Shown here one piece after another: positions 23,725-24,000 of a stretch of 24,000 nt of DNA. The notes under the pieces are model-generated. The model saw nothing but the letters and a program-made list of their open reading frames with translations, did no database searches and was not told the DNA's origin. How positions within the stretch are numbered: the stretch's first letter is position 1; each line of letters starts with the position of its first letter. A program made the position numbers and the translations under genes. Source of the DNA: Candidatus Dormiibacterota bacterium (lineage in GTDB: Bacteria > Chloroflexota > Dormibacteria > Dormibacterales > Dormibacteraceae); NCBI GenBank assembly GCA_036513135.1, contig DATBZP010000010.1, positions 14,148-38,147 of the forward strand. The letters are read 5' to 3'.

Positions 23725-24000
23725 TCATTCGCATATGACCTCAGCGGCGTTGTTCTCCGACTCGGTCAAGCGCAGGCGCACCAACCGCGCGGGCGCGAAG
23801 TGGGGCGCCAGCTTGGTGAAAGCTGCGAAAGCGATGTTCTCTGCGGTCGGCACAATCCCGCTGAGACATTCAACGTCTCGGTTGAGATGCTTGTGGTCGA
23901 CCAGGTCGATGAACTCGCGCCTGAGGACACGATCCACGTCCTTGAGGTTGGCGACCATCCCTGTCTCCGGATCGACTGCGCCGGCAACGGTAACCTCGAC
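23725..24000 (-). CDS. queD: 6-carboxy-5,6,7,8-tetrahydropterin synthase (QueD / PTPS family), C-terminal part; the 5' end lies beyond the window
   Basis: The reading frame is open to the right edge: VEVTVAGAVDPETGMVANLKDVDRVLRREFIDLVDHKHLNRDVECLSGIVPTAENIAFAAFTKL...*. It carries the typical QueD motifs G(M)V.(D/N)(F/L)..(L/V), LDH..LN and PT.ENIA. Confidence 0.85.
   Translation of the reverse strand, partial: VEVTVAGAVDPETGMVANLKDVDRVLRREFIDLVDHKHLNRDVECLSGIVPTAENIAFAAFTKLAPHFAPARLVRLRLTESENNAAEVICE

Noticed and set aside
23450-23734. 94-aa minus-strand ORF from the track
   Set aside because: It overlaps, in a different frame, the RBS-preceded 51-aa membrane-protein gene that has a conserved paralog. 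Its own sequence is Arg/Ser/Ala-rich with no motif.
1-24000. CRISPR arrays, rRNA, retinal/carotenoid biosynthesis genes, and recognisable multi-gene defence systems other than the Fic pair
   Set aside because: I scanned for regularly spaced short repeats and for hallmark motifs (Cas, crt/blh, restriction-modification, STAND/AAA defence ATPases). None was seen.

Overview
High-GC window, probably from a monoderm (Actinobacteria- or Chloroflexi-like; this is inference from codon style, frequent GTG/TTG starts and gene content). Nearly all genes are on the minus strand.

Gene content, left to right:
- kdp potassium-pump locus: short kdpD-like kinase, kdpE, a small peptide, kdpF, and the start of kdpA.
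- A truncated alpha/beta-hydrolase gene ending in a tRNA-like scar.
- An HTH + Fic pair ('mobile mystery protein A/B').
- A tightly coupled 7-gene oligosaccharide operon: cytoplasmic GH39-like enzyme, family-5 binding protein, 2 permeases, 2 ATPases and a secreted glucoamylase-fold/DUF3131-like protein.
- A 382-bp internally deleted IS remnant.
- A small lmo0937-type membrane protein, a DedA-RDD fusion, an actinobacterial-type glycogen synthase, a hypothetical membrane protein and an NAD(P)-binding SDR-like protein.
- A heliorhodopsin gene (18693..19466, minus strand). This is the most notable feature.
- A 48-nt 3' remnant of tRNA-Pro(CGG).
- A decayed polyphosphate region: ppk1-like N-terminal remnant + intact ppk2, a DUF1206 protein, a ppk2 pseudogene, an IS3-type fragment and a second ppk1-like scrap.
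- A repeat-containing small protein, a second lmo0937-type paralog, and the 3' part of queD.

Two direct, about 85% identical copies of the tRNA-Pro 3' end plus its 3' flank lie 16.7 kb apart. They bracket everything from the Fic pair to the heliorhodopsin, which suggests island-type accretion. No integrase, CRISPR array, rRNA or intact tRNA is visible.

All calls rest on reading translations and motifs by eye. No database search was run.
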